A DNA stretch of 62,647 bases, filler included, from Rhabdomonas costata (GCA_019059605.1; 17 parts of 17 records of this genome joined end to end with filler, not necessarily neighbours in it); one strand, 5' to 3'; counted from the first letter of the whole stretch, positions 35,147-48,504 are shown. Notes: generated from the sequence alone by a model not told the origin. A program made the numbers and translations.

Positions 35147-36187
35147 CAGCGGCGGCTTCCGGGAAAGAGGAACAGGGGGCTTGTGGGTCGTTTGGCTCCA
35201 CAAGCCTCCCAAAAGCTCGCCTCTCCTCTGTTCTGTAAAATAATTGCCGTGACTGAACTTCTCTCTGCACTTCGCTATGGGGAATGTTGAGGTCTCGCGG
35301 GGTTGTTGTCTTAGCGGTCTTGAGCAGCTGTGTTGTTGACAAAGCTGTGGCACGTTTACCACGCCCTCCCCCACCGCCCCTTACCTGTTTTGTGTTGAGC
35401 TCCTATCACTAATCCCCCTCTCCCCTGACAACTGCTTTGCCTTGCGTTTTGTTCAATGTCCTGGAGCCTTGAGACGCGCGGCGGGTTTCGCTCTTGGAAA
35501 TAACTGCCATAGACTATAGAATTGCATCACCAGCTCCGGGAAGTTCCACCTGAACGCATCGGGTTTGAACTAAAATCAGAGGACAGTGCTCTCGGAAACG
35601 CCCGATGCCCTGCAGCCATGACCGAAATCCGCTGAGCCGGCGTCATCTTTGTGATTAGTTCCCTCGTTTGGCCGAAACCGTTGCTGGTTTCATTTCCTTC
35701 AATTTTCTGGAACTCACGGAGAATGTCCACGAGAAATGCGGCGATGGGGATCTCCATGGCCAACTTACCCCACCGCCCAACCATAATCGCCCTGTAGCCC
35801 CGATTGTACGTACAAATACCCCATTAGATCCCGGTCTCGAGTTGACATCTAGTATGTGTGTGGGGGGGGGGATTTGAAAATCCTGTCTGTTCAGCTGCAT
35901 TTGAAAAAAAACTCACAGACTGACCATCTGCCGTAAAAATGAGCAGGAAGAATGGGTTTTGTTGTCAATTTAGTCTTAGCACACCTGGTGAACCTATCCG
36001 CTGGCTTTTTGCCAGACATTTTTCTACCATTTTTTTTGTTGCTTGCTTGCTTACCTTTCTCTTTCCTGTGGTACTTGGCTCTCCTGGGCCACTGTACCCA
36101 TTCTTCTTTGGGTTCTGGTTCGCCCTCGGGTCCCCCCCTCTTCCTCCCTCGTCTCTCTTCCTCCCCTCTCCCTCTCCCTCGAGAAGG

Positions 36188-36745
36188 ATGACCAAGAACA
36201 CCAACACCCAGCCGGGGTACACTCACCACCAGACCAACGCCCATACTCATTCCCGGACACATCGAGCGGTATGCCTACCGTTGCAGCCCATTTCGCTTGC
36301 GGTAACTCTTTTGGATGGTTGGAACCTTTTCTTTTGTCAGAGAAAGGGTTGGCTACAGGAATTCAGGGCTTGCCCTACTGCTCTATGGATTCACTGTGCC
36401 CCGAACGAGACTTTTGGTGCATATTCTAAAGTTTCACACTGCCCCTCATATAGAGATGTGTTGATAGTCTCTGAACCCATCGCAATGATCCGAATGCCGA
36501 AGGTTACCGTTTCTTTCTTTGAGCTCCCCAAAACCGCAAGAATGAAGAGAAGTAATGCTGAGAGTACCTTTTCCTGGATTTTCACAGCCCGCAGATGGCA
36601 GTGGGGAGCCCCCGCCCTCCACGGTGCTGGAGCTGCACCGGCAGCTCGATGAGACCGCCGCTATGTACCGGTGGAAGGTTCCCACGGCGCTGATTCGGCG
36701 CGAGCGTTTGGTCTCGCCCCCGTTCACCGTGGGCAACTTCCGATG
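36188..36745 (+). CDS. N-terminus of a MATH/TRAF-domain protein (exons 36188-36268, 36588-36745)
   Basis: MYRWKVPTALIRRERLVSPPFTVGNFRW matches the start of a MATH domain (W.i...S..F.vg...W). An in-phase GT-AG intron links it to an ATG-containing exon. Confidence 0.6.
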
Positions 36746-37044
36746 GTCTGCACTCCGGCCCGTTTTTTCTTCTCTGCTTTTGTGGTAGTTTCCATCAAGT
36801 CCCTGGTTGTGCTTTCACAGGCAACGACCAAAGCGCAATAAACGAGGATGTTTCGGAGAGAAAAATGTGCGCATGACAGGAAATTAGTGGACTTATTTTC
36901 TGTTTTTCTTCATGCCGCATTCTATTGTGTACACCCCCACCAACNNNNNNNNNNNNNNNNNNNNNNNNNNNNNNNNNNNNNNNNNNNNTTAATTAATTAA
37001 NNNNNNNNNNNNNNNNNNNNNNNNNNNNNNNNNNNNNNNNNNNN

Positions 37045-37169
37045 GTGGTGGTGTGGGCAGAGGAGAGGCGCGCGTCTGGGGCCTGGACATCCTCAAGGTG
37101 CTCGTCCTCAGGCTCATCCACGAAGAGTCCGGCAAGAGAGAACGGTGCGTCCACCGTGGAGGTGGCCAT
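37045..37169 (-). CDS. N-terminus of a hypothetical protein, truncated by the contig end
   Basis: MATSTVDAPFSLAGLFVDEPEDEHLEDVQAPDARL with coding-like composition. No family recognised. Confidence 0.3.
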
Positions 37170-37774
37170 TTCACGGCGGTTCGTCGATGTATGTGTGGTG
37201 GGGTGTGTGCGTTGCGGGGGTAAAAAGACAGCTAACAGCACAGGTGCTGTTCTGGAGGAAGACCACCGGCAGAGGAGGTCTAAGGTGGGAAGCAGGAAGG
37301 CGAGAAGCAAGGTGAAAGCAAGGTGTCCACGCTGGATATCTTTCCACAGGGTCAGGTTGAGGAAGACAAGTATGATAGGGATAGGTGCTGCTGCAAAGAT
37401 GCTTTTAGCGTCCCCGCCGTCAAAAGATGACGTTTTAGGATCGGTCGTCTTGCCAAGTTTTTTTTTAAGGGTATCCTTAACACACACACACACACACACA
37501 CACTTTAAGGGTATCCTTAACACTCCTCCACACACAATGGAAGGGCAACCCCGACCTTCCTTACGGTCCATTTACCTTTTCAGCTCAAAGACCAAGACCT
37601 CTCACAAGTCATTCCAAAGCAGAAAACTGTCCTGCCAGGGCGCATAGGAGTATACACCGGGGCCACTGTCTCAACTTCAAACACAACGTTAGGGGCGAGA
37701 GGCAGAAGGCCCATACCGAGGGGATTCCTCAGCGACGGATCCATGCCCTCCTGCGCCCCTCCCCCACCTTTCCC

Positions 37775-39772
37775 TCACACAATGGTCTCCCGGCGCTTCA
37801 GCACGATGACCCGGAAGTAGTGGTAGAAGAAGTCCGAGTACAGCAGGGTTTGCAGGGTGCCCGCCACCCACGAGACCCAGATCTTCTTCCCCTCGACGTA
37901 GTAGCGGTACACCCAGTTTGCGATGTAGAAGGCGCGGTAGCCCCCCAGGGCGGCCAGGTAGTGCACCGTGAGGGTCTGGACACCCCCCACACCCCCATCC
38001 GCTCCAAAAATGAATGGTGACGTGGCGCATCGCACACAAATGGATGGCCCCTGCGGAGGATTACGCAGTTTTGCGCCAGCACCCGGACCCGGGCTTCCGC
38101 TTGTGCACCCACCACTGACGGACAGGTTGCCACTGTCCTGCACTCTGGATTTAACTGATGCACAACTGATAAAGAAACGATGCCGATGCGTGCCATTTTT
38201 TTTCGGGGAGAGGGGGAAGGGGGCCCGGTCAGACTTTTAAATGCATTCTCGCCTTCCTGCTTTCATGCCTATGCTTCTTACAGTCCGTTTCGCTCAGAAC
38301 ACAGAACAAAGAAAAGCATGGGAAGACCTTTTGCGCATTCGATGCCAGAATGACGAGGCATGATTGATAAAAACTTTGATTGAATATCAACAAATGCACG
38401 TCAAAACAGCAGATGTACCTCGAAAAGAAAGGACGAATGCACTCCAAAAATGGTGCGCTTCATGTTAAAAGTGAGAGTTTTCTTTTCGCTATAACGTCCA
38501 AAAGAGTCGCTATAAACAACACCTTATTAGCTCTCTGTTGGTGGCACGAAAGAAGGCATGAGGACCTCGTACACTCCGGTCTTCTTCATCATGTACATCT
38601 GCGGAAGGATCGCCACGGCCTCCAGGAATTCGCTGAACACCCAACACAGCTCCATTGGGTCATAGAAGGGCTGACCCTCCTCGGTCACCGCCTGCACCGC
38701 CACCGCAACCAACGCCGAGGGCACGATCAGCCACCAGATGCTGAAGCTGTCCCCTGTGCTGTCATAGCTCGCTCGGAAGCGCACCCGGATGAGGTACAGG
38801 ATGTAGCTGCCAGGCGACGTGTCCGTGGGGAGCATGCGTGAGGAGAATGCGGGAGGATTCTTTTCAAGTTGTGAGCTGGCGCGACTCAGGAATTGTGTGA
38901 ATTGGATCACCAACCCCATGGTAGGTCCTAACACATCAGCCCGCTCCGACCGCTCCACGGCGCTGGTCTTCGTCCCCAAAATAAGCTTGTCGCATTTGTC
39001 TTTAACGCCCCAACCCATGTGCAACTGTCCCTCCGCTAACGCTTTTGCCTGGTTGACTGGTTGCTTGGTTGTTGGTGACCACTGTGGACTGACGGGCGCA
39101 CGCGCTGTTGGCCACGGGTGCTCGCGAGAGGTGCCGTTGGAGCGAACGGTGCCGTAGGGAACCGGAACCGGCTCACCGCCGAACGTTTCACATCTGATAT
39201 CCTCCCTTCAGTCCCACGGGTCCCGGGCCTTTGTCGCGCAGCTGCTCCTTTCCGGCGGCTACCTGCACTGCATCGTGTGTGGACACCTGATTTTTACGTC
39301 CTTTTGCGGTCATAGAAAAATGGCAAACCCTGCGTGACGTGATGTGATGGATGTGCCTGATGTGCAGTTGTGGTCACACAGTTGTGTTCGGCTTTGCCTC
39401 CAGGGAGAAGAGTATGCCATGACACAGCGGGCTTCTGGGCGCGCCCAGTGGAAGAGGTATCCAAATCTGTGGAAAATCGGAAACTGCGTCCGACGGGAAA
39501 ACCACCCCTCCCTCAGATTGCCAATCATCACACAAGAGCTCGGAAGAAAAAACATACTAGGACGACAGCAGGAAGAAGGCCTTCATTGTGGTGAGGTAGG
39601 CCGACCGCATCGTGAGGTAGAGGTCCAGGTACCGCGTGGAGAACACAATGGCGTACAGCAGCTGGGACTTGAACGAGAGCCCCCCGCAGCCCCGAGTGCT
39701 GAGGATCTTCCACAGGATCAGGAAGATGCTCAGCAGGTGCAGCATGTCCCCAGTGAGCCGGAAGAAATTCAT
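37775..39772 (-). CDS. ERD2: ER lumen protein-retaining (KDEL/HDEL) receptor, complete (exons 39558-39772, 38566-38806, 37775-37975)
   Basis: MNFFRLTGDMLHLLSI...GLSFKSQLLYAIVFSTRYLDL...MK; YD...DSF; WVFSEFLEAVAILPQ; E|TLTVHYLAALGGYRAFYIANW...AGTLQTLLYSDFFYHY. Both introns are GT-AG and in phase. Confidence 0.96.
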
Positions 39773-40808
39773 TCTCGCTCTCTCTCTTCTCTCTTTAGCT
39801 TTATCACCACCCTTTTCTCTCCGGCACGCTCACCACCGTTGGGTGCAGGAAAGAATCCAACCGTGGTCAGGGGTAAAGTACATTTCGTTTTTGGGGGGTG
39901 TGGTAGGTTGAAGATTTGCTGCTGAAGGTTATTGGAGACTTATTTTTATGGCCAGGGTTTGTTCACGACTCCTGGATATGCACATTCAACCTTTAAAAAA
40001 AAAGAGGGAGGAAGAGGTTATCGATCCTGCTTGTGCCCCCCAGAAGGAGATACCGTGCACTGTTTTGAAACACTATGATCGTTTAGCACTTCTAACCTTC
40101 CATTCGCCCCCCGGCCCCAGTACAAGGTTGATGGTTGGACCCTTTTCAGCACTGAACTATCAAACCCCACGACGACACGAGCTCTCGACGATGTCTCTCT
40201 TACAGACACACACGCTTTCTAAGAAACCTCTCGACTATCGGTCTGCGGGCCGCAGAAGGGCCGCGTGTGAGTCGAGAGAAGGAAACAGGGACAAAAAATG
40301 GGGGAAAATCAAGCGACTATCACTCGGAAAGGAAGGGGCACATAAAATGCAGCTAGTGTTGGATGCCACATGTCATCAGTGCTCTCTCCGCTGCAGTGTA
40401 GACAAGGACTCCCTAAAAAAACTATGGCAGTCTACTGTGCCACGGCAATACCTACACTCTTCCCAGCAGCTTATGGGCCAGGAGAGGTGCAATCAACAAT
40501 TTGCAAGTCACACCTAGGTACCTTTGGAATCAAGTACGTATCATGCGTCCTTGTCTAAGAGCTTCGCTTCCGTTACTGAGCAACGGGGGTAGTCTGCCCC
40601 CGCCCCATTCCCACCAACCNNNNNNNNNNNNNNNNNNNNNNNNNNNNNNNNNNNNNNNNNNNNTTAATTAATTAANNNNNNNNNNNNNNNNNNNNNNNNN
40701 NNNNNNNNNNNNNNNNNNNAGAGTTGGGTGAGTTTGGTGGTTTTTGTCCTCCGGCCTCCATGTATGAGCCCAGATATTACAAATTTTTTCGCTTCCTTTC
40801 TTTTTCAG

Positions 40809-43483
40809 GTGACAGGGCAGAGAAATATAAGGAGCTGGAGGCAAAGGATAAGGAAATGCAGGAATTCATTGACAAGGTGCGAGTCCGTTGGCATTTCAGA
40901 GTTGACAGGCTGACAGTGTTTGGTGACGCACCTACAGCAGTGTTTCATTGTTCTCTCGCGAAACTATTCTTGCCAACAGTTTGATGAAAACAAGAAAGAC
41001 GCGAAGGGGCAGATCGCGAAGATGGAAGAGCAGATTATTCATCACTTGGAAGTCATCAGCAAGGTGCCCTTGTCCTCCTCACCTTCTTCCCTTCCTGCCG
41101 CTGTTAGCTTCATCGCATCGATTGCATCAGATTGCATGCAGCGGTTTCGTCTTCCTTATTCCATACATTCTTATTTTCTGCTTTTTCTTCTGCTGTCTCC
41201 TGTTGGCTTGCCTCTTAAAGAACATTGCTGCATCGGAGAATCTGCCCTCCGTGGAACAAGTGGAAGAAATGAGCGCGGATCTGAACTACAAGAAGAAGAT
41301 GATGGAGCTGTCCATGACCACCCACGAGAGATTGCAGGGAGGTGTGCTGCTCTTATTTTCCAAAACGGCGTTGGGAACATGGCGGAAGCAAACAACGTCC
41401 CAAAGCGAAAAAGTACAGCAGAGGGGGGGGGTGAGACAAAAAGGAGAAAAGTGGATAAGGTTGGTAAAGCGTGCTCATACTGGAGAACTCCATGGCACCG
41501 CGGAGTGAAGAAACAAATGAGACCGCCAACTTTGTCTCCAAAATACCCCCTCGAGGCGCACCCCGTTTTCAGAACCGCATGGACAAGGAAAAGAAGTCGA
41601 TAGAGCTAATTGCCAAGAAAAAAAAGAAAGATTTGGTGAAAAGAATAGCATTTTTCAAAACGGCGAAATTATCATTGGAGTGACGTCTCCCTCTTTTGTT
41701 GTCGCCAATGCTGAGCTTAAGGGCGTTAATACCCTTTCCGGCACCCCCATTGAGTTACAGCAAAAAGAGTGGGTGCAGCGGGTGGGGAAGTAGTGCGCGA
41801 GCCTCCAACCAAACTGCTTTTGAGAAGGGAGAGGGAACCCGTCGAAGACGGTCTATATCCGCTCAGCCGAAACTGAGTGGAACAACGCAACACAATGGGT
41901 GAGTCCAACAAGCGAACGTAACCTAAACGCACCCAGCAATGGTCGCGACGTGAAAAGGATGGGCAAAATGTCTGCCTGAAGGGATCAATCACAAGCGCAA
42001 CTCACCAAAAAGTTTGCGCACAGGAAGATAATGCAGGTAAAGAGGGCAGCTTTGCGACCAACGTTGGTTCGCTGCTTTAGCTTTAGGATGGACGGGACGC
42101 AGACCGGCGGCGTCCGAGGGCCCCGCGCATGGAATTAACAGTTTATGGAAGTGAGTACGCCGGGTCACCTTGAATTTTGGGTTGGAATGGATTGGATTAA
42201 ACTGTGAACTGCGAAATGAATGTTGAACTGGACACATTAAACTTTGAAATCTGAACTTTGACCTTCACCTCAGGATATCCTTGAATTATTGTCTTTTGCG
42301 ACGGCAAAATTTGAGCTGAAGTAAGCATGGAAGTGAGGGTTGCGACCGAAGTGATATGGGGCACGCGAACTGAGACGGCATTTCAGCAACGTCGTTTCGC
42401 AAATGTGATTATCACTTGTTTTTCCTCAGAGTTGGCTGTGCGGCGGAGTGAGCTGGAGAAGGTCGACAGTCTGGACAAGAAGATCTCCGCGGAGCTTCGC
42501 GCGGTGCTGGATAAGATCAAACAGACGGAGGAGCTGATCAAGAAGTACAGCAATCTTGAGGCCGTTCGTCAGGACGCAGAGCAGAGTAAGCGGGTACGCC
42601 TATGGCGGCCTTTTTGTGAGAACTCAAACAGGGGACAAGTCCAATCCCCTGCAAAACCTTCTATTGGAATCCCAAAGACACATACATCACCTCCTGTATA
42701 ATGGCTAGCTTTAATATATTAAAGCTAGCTATAGCTGTAGTGTCGTAGCTATAATGCCCCATAAAAACCCCCAAAAAAAATATCACGTCACCCTCTTTCG
42801 TCATCTTCATTGCTCGTCTCCATGCGATGTATTGGCATCTGCCTCTGTTCAGGAGCTACAAAGCGCCAGGGCAAGAGCACTGAAGGCCCGCGATTCCATG
42901 AAGCAAAACATTCAAATCCTCAGCACAAGGTGTTTTTGTTCGGACCGGACCTCCAGCTTTTGGTGCTGCGTTGGTGGCGCCGAGCTTTCTTCTGTCATTT
43001 GTCTGTCATGTACCCAGCAAGTTCGAGTCCATGAAGCAACAGCTGGCGGAGAACAGCACGCACTCTGCGCTCCAGGCCCAGGAGCAAAAGCTGCGGCAGA
43101 TTCATCAGAATGTCTTCGCTCTGAGTGACTGTATGCCACTCCATCAACTTGCCACTCTCCGGCTCGCTCCAGCCAACTCGTAGCACATATTCAAACAAAC
43201 CTTTGGTCTAATCGGCTCATTTGTTTCTCCGAGAATCGATTCCACTTTCGAGCATTTTATCACCACCCTCCTTTCCGAGCATTTAGTTCCCAAGGGTGTT
43301 CCCATTGCCGTCAGCTGCTATTGTCTGCTTGCACCCCGAGCTGGTGGGTTGCTGCCCATATTTTTCTTCGTTATCAGTTATTGCCCAGAAAAGCATTGAG
43401 GCGGACTACCTGCCCGTCAAGGATCAATGTTTGAAGCTCACCGAAGATCTCAACAGGCTGATCAAGGAGCAGAGCACTCCCAA
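40809..43483 (+). CDS. IFT74: Intraflagellar transport protein 74, C-terminal half (exons 40809-40876, 40980-41063, 41221-41341, 42430-42593, 42853-42929, 43018-43130, 43378-~43483)
   Basis: KYKELEAKDKEMQEFIDKFDENK...LE.IS...LPS..Q..EM..DL.YK...T.ERL..EL..R..ELEKV..LD.KI..EL...LAENSTHSAL..EQKL....QNVFAL.DFI.QK..E.DY..VK. All junctions are in phase. Confidence 0.9.
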
Positions 43484-44199
43484 GTGCGTAAGTGCGTGTA
43501 CTTGACATTTTTGTAGATTGCATTATTTTTTGGGTGGAAGCTGCTTAATTCGCGTAGAGTTTAAGTCCATATCTTTTATTTCCGCAGTCCTTTTATGCAG
43601 TTCAATTGAGATCGAGCCAAAGTCCGAACAATCGAACGTTGCTGGGGGTATTTTCGATTTTCTTTCGTGACATTGCCGTTTGCTCCGTAATCTTCAGGGC
43701 GTGATCGGCGGCTTGGCTCCGAACGGTTCTTCCGGGATGCCTCCTTCCATTCCCTTTGGACTTTCCTCCGGTTGTGGACTGCATTTGGAAGGCAACAAGG
43801 GCAACAAGTGGCGGAGAAACACGTTTTGTGTGTGGGTGTACAGTCTCTCACTGTGTGCAATTGTTCTTGCTTGCTGTGATCGTGTATGCTTTTTTATTTG
43901 AATGTTCAACTGTTCGTGGCCACCACTGTCAGCTCTCCGGTGGCTTGGTGGGTCCTTGGTGTGCTTGTTGCCTTTGCCGTTTTGGAAGCCTCTCGCAAGG
44001 TGTGATGTGCGCATGAAGAAACGCTCAAGTACAACTAGTACACCATCGGAAGGCTAAAAGACCCAGGCCACTACAAGTGACAAAAATCAATCACTTTTGA
44101 TTTAATAATGATTGAACCAAGAAAGCAAAATATAAATCGGTTGAAAATTTCGTCCTGTTTTTATTTTAATGAACCACCCTGTTGCTAACTACTGTTTGC

Positions 44200-44293
44200 G
44201 TGTTTGCAATGTGTGTCATTTTTTATTTGGGTCAATAAAATGTCTGTGGACATTTTATTGACCCAAATAAAAAATGACACACATTGCAAACAC
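44200..44293. repeat. Terminal fold-back inverted repeat (45-bp arms), probable amplification artefact
   Basis: 44200-44244 is the reverse complement of 44249-44293, with loop tgtg, at the contig end. Confidence 0.9.
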
Positions 44294-45399
44294 ANNNNNN
44301 NNNNNNNNNNNNNNNNNNNNNNNNNNNNNNNNNNNNNNTTAATTAATTAANNNNNNNNNNNNNNNNNNNNNNNNNNNNNNNNNNNNNNNNNNNNGGTTGG
44401 GTTGGTAACAAAAAACCTGATCATTGCAGATTTGTCCTTGCCTTATCGATACTCACTGTGTGCGCTTCCTGTTCCTTAAAAAGTTTGGCAGTTTGGAGGC
44501 TTCAAATAGCAACTTTGTCGCCCGCCACCAATAATTGCGGGAACCTTCCAAGCGCTTGCCGCAAGAAGCGGTAGTGCCCCTTGATCTTCCTGGACATCCA
44601 TGCCGCGCTTGCGCCAAGTGATTCGCACCTAGACTTTGGATTCCCTTCTTCACTTCCGGGGGTCGCTGGGGAGCAGCTTTCCTCGAGCGTCGCGCAGTGG
44701 CAAACGATTGCGCGCACACACACACACACCCTGTTTTTTGTTACCAACCCACACCCTCTTCAAACTCTACCTTTCCACTCCGAATGGCCGCTCGGCTCTG
44801 GCCTGCGGCCCTGCTGTGGTATTTTAGGGCAATTCTGTGACAACAAAAAGGAAAAAACGAGAAAGACATATTTGAAAACAAGCAAACTGACGACATTTTT
44901 GATTTATTGAACCTATATGTGTTTAATCCTAGACAAAAAAAGGACCATAACCCTTCAAACATCCGCAGTTTAACACACCACAGTGTACGCCTTCTCGGCC
45001 TGCATCCTCCGACGTCTTGTCTGTGAAAGTCCTCTGAAATCTCGGCCTCTTCGTCTCTTTCACCTGTGAAAACTGTGGAAAACGCTCTAAATGCATCCTT
45101 CTTCCTCTGAAAAATCATAAACATACCACCTGAATTGTGGTTGTGTGCTCGCTTTCCCCTTCCGTGCGGCCTCCATCCGTGGCATGTCTCTCTGTCTCAC
45201 GCGGGGTCTTCCCACATTGTCACTCTATCGGACATACGTCTCTCACATGGCCCTACTCTGCTCTGCCCTTTTGCCCAGCTGTGGTTAGGTATCCTGACCT
45301 GGGATTGGCCAGGAGCTGGATCACTAAATTCTGATATTTGACTTACGTTTTGAAACCTTGATGTCTGGTTGTGTGCTTCTGAAATGAGGAACGCCTTGG

Positions 45400-47960
45400 T
45401 GACATGGACCGTTACACGCTTCCATGCTAGGACGTATAAAGTCCCAACATACTGGCAACTGCCGATAACTCATGACGGTCCAACTCTGTAAAATTGTGTA
45501 AAATCACCTGTTTAATCTCTGCACCAGATCTTCTTCCACTAACTTTGCAACACGCAGACAACGCACGCTCTGGAAAGACGCCATATCACGCAACATGTTC
45601 CAAAAACGCGCCACATACCATCTGGAAACACCGCGCAACCGCACACAAACATCTGGAATCACAATCCACACAGCACATCTCTGAAATTAGTCACAAAATC
45701 TGAGCTCTGATCAACATCTGTAGAAAACTATTCCATATCTGAAACTCTTCGGCTCTGTGCAACTCTCTAGAATCTCAACCATGTGGGGGTCCAGGTACTT
45801 GCTCAGCAAGTCTTCTCCGCTCCATGGATTCTGTGGAATGGACCTCCTCTTGTCAATGAAAAAGTGTCTGATAAACGTCGGATACCGGTCATTTTTGAAA
45901 CTTTCCACTCTGGAACCTGGCAACCCATACACTGAGTAATACAAACACTAAAACACTGCACAGTTGTCCAACAAAAATGGATGCAACATTTTGCTCTGAA
46001 CTTCTGAAGACAACGCACCTGGCTGCTTCACTCTTACTCTGTGGCACGCCACTATCATTGGATGGTCTTGAAATACTACCAACTCGAAATATTTGCTCAA
46101 CAACTCCGCCTCCTTTGTATTACCCTTAATCACTAACTTATACGGCTTAATTATACGGCTTCAGCATCAGCACCACCGACTTCAACCTCTGCAAATCCTT
46201 CCCAAAAGTCGTATCAGACTCTAAAGGACTGTATCTTAACTGGTAAACGTTGGTCTCTGCATACCAACAACAAATACGATCTACCTCGTTAATAACTCTA
46301 GATTGGTCATCAAACTCGAGTATTCACCGCTAATGTTTCGCACTGATCATGGGGTGCACGTCTTAGATGGCAAATTAAACTTTATCTCCATCTGGAACTC
46401 TGTAAGCCCACGCCACTTCTATCGGCAACATCACTGTACAACGTGGCATTTTCCACCTCACATGGTACTCTGAAATAGATGCAGACTGCTCAAAAGTCCA
46501 CACCTTACTGGGTTTACTGAAGTTCTTCCAACACAAAACGGTGCCGAGTCCAAATTCGCGCACACACACAAAAAAAACAAATTTAAGGTACTCCATGTGT
46601 ACACCGCTTCTCTGCCTTATATACATCTAAGGGCCTGATTATGTGGAACTCTGTATTCAACCACCCTAGTGTATTTTATAAAATCCATGTCAATCACCAC
46701 AATAATCTCTGGATTGTCTAACACTGTGTATTTTCAAAACCACATCACCATGTCTAACTCTTCTTTAATTTTTCTCTTGTCTCTATTATCAAACCTACTT
46801 CGCGCACATTTTGCCATTCTACTCTTTCCACATAATCTGGATGTATTTCTGTATCGCCCTCGTCTTATTCCACAGCTACGCATGTGGATGATGCCTGGGA
46901 CTCTGGCACGACTGCTCTGGAAGCGACCAAGTCATTCTGCGGCACACACACTGGTACCCAACTTTACAAACACACCCTGTGAAAATGTTCATTGGCTAGC
47001 CTCATTACCACACTGTGTGGATCCGGTATCTCCTGTATGTAACAATTCATTCTGATAAATAACTTCTTCTCCAATAACTCCTATGTCGTCTCATAGTCCA
47101 TTAATCGAACTCCCCTGCATCACAACCTCTAGCCTCTTTATCTTCTGCAGCAACAGAATCCTCCATGTCTGTATCCGGAAATTTAGATGGGGCTTCACTG
47201 GCTCTTTAATTGCCCATTGAGCGCTGGTGGTGTAGCCGAGTGTGTCCGCCCATATATGGTTCTGAATTGTCTTTCTTGTCATCAGTTTGCATAACCTCCT
47301 TTGGAGCACATGCGGGCGGTGGCGCATGTTCTACCTCCATCCATATGAAAAGGTATGACCTCCACTACTTCACTGAAATACGTCTGCTCCAAAAGTTCGA
47401 AATTCTACAATCTGCCCATTTACTCCGCTCCGCATAATCCTCTCTATACACCAATCCATCTGCATAATAATACGGAACTTTGGCGTCCACGTCAGACGAA
47501 CCATCTGGAACTGTCTCTAAGTAAAGTAAAATCAAATTATTATGGCCATCGCCTCCTTTTCAAAAAGCCATGTAACCACACAAGACTTGAGAGCATACTC
47601 TCTCATCCACTTCACCAGCATCCGGATCTCTTTATGGAGTGACAATTGGTCATAAAACCATCGCTCCAGCAATCTTTGAAAAGCAAATACCGCTATCTTT
47701 TCTGCAAGCATCTTTGGATTCTGCAACAACTCCAACGTATGGTATAAAACTATGTCCAACGTCAGCAATAACCTCACCCACCATTTGTACTTCGGAGAAG
47801 TTATAGGCTCTCGAGCTTCGTCCAAGATCCACACCTCTGGACCCATGCCATGCAACCAACGCAACACGGACTTCCACTATGGTGGAACCACCAGAATAGC
47901 GTCTGCGGAGAACCCGTACTAGTCTCGACTGGGCGAATTACCATTGGTTATAAGTATAAC
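45400..47960 (-). mobile_element. Probable degenerate non-LTR retrotransposon (3' part: RNase H-like region and C-terminal Cys-rich knuckle)
   Basis: AT-richer, strand-skewed, intronless block with many stops and frameshifts. Remnants on the minus strand are EAVYTWS (like YTDGS), ISGEYSS...ELL, KGNTKEAELLSK (like GNE.AD.LAK) and VCGCAVFPDGMWRVFGTC (like the LINE CCHC knuckle), in the expected order. No RT motif is visible. Confidence 0.4.
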
Positions 47961-48504
47961 ACCACACACNNNNNNNNNNNNNNNNNNNNNNNNNNNNNNN
48001 NNNNNNNNNNNNNTTAATTAATTAANNNNNNNNNNNNNNNNNNNNNNNNNNNNNNNNNNNNNNNNNNNNTGTGTTTTGGGGCTCAGCCCTGTGCGCGCGC
48101 GTGCACGCAGTCACACACGCAGAGCCCCAAAACCGCTGTTGGCGCACTGAGGTTGCTGCATGTATTTTAGCCTCAATTTCATTTTTCCAGCAAGAAAAAA
48201 GCCCTGAAAGATCCCAAATATCGTAGATAATGCCTCTGGGGCACTGAAGCATTTCGGAGCATTTCGGCTCAGTCCGGTGCCCGAATGGACAATACCTTCT
48301 CTCCACCCTTATGTATGCTAGCAGCCCCGACCCGAAGCTGCTAGTATTTAAACGTCTCGCACCCACCCCCTTGGAAATGCAGCCCGAATCCCCAGAGTGG
48401 AGCCTTCAAGATACGATTCGTGGAGAGGGCAACCACAACAACCACCGCAATAGAAAGGGGTTGAGTGGAAGGAAGGTGTGTTGTTGGTGGTGGGGATGCC
48501 GCAG

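Noticed and set aside
18979..43483. Euglenid- or diplonemid-type fully non-canonical introns
   Set aside because: Every junction I could verify by homology in PPEF, RAD6, ERD2 and IFT74 is GT-AG.
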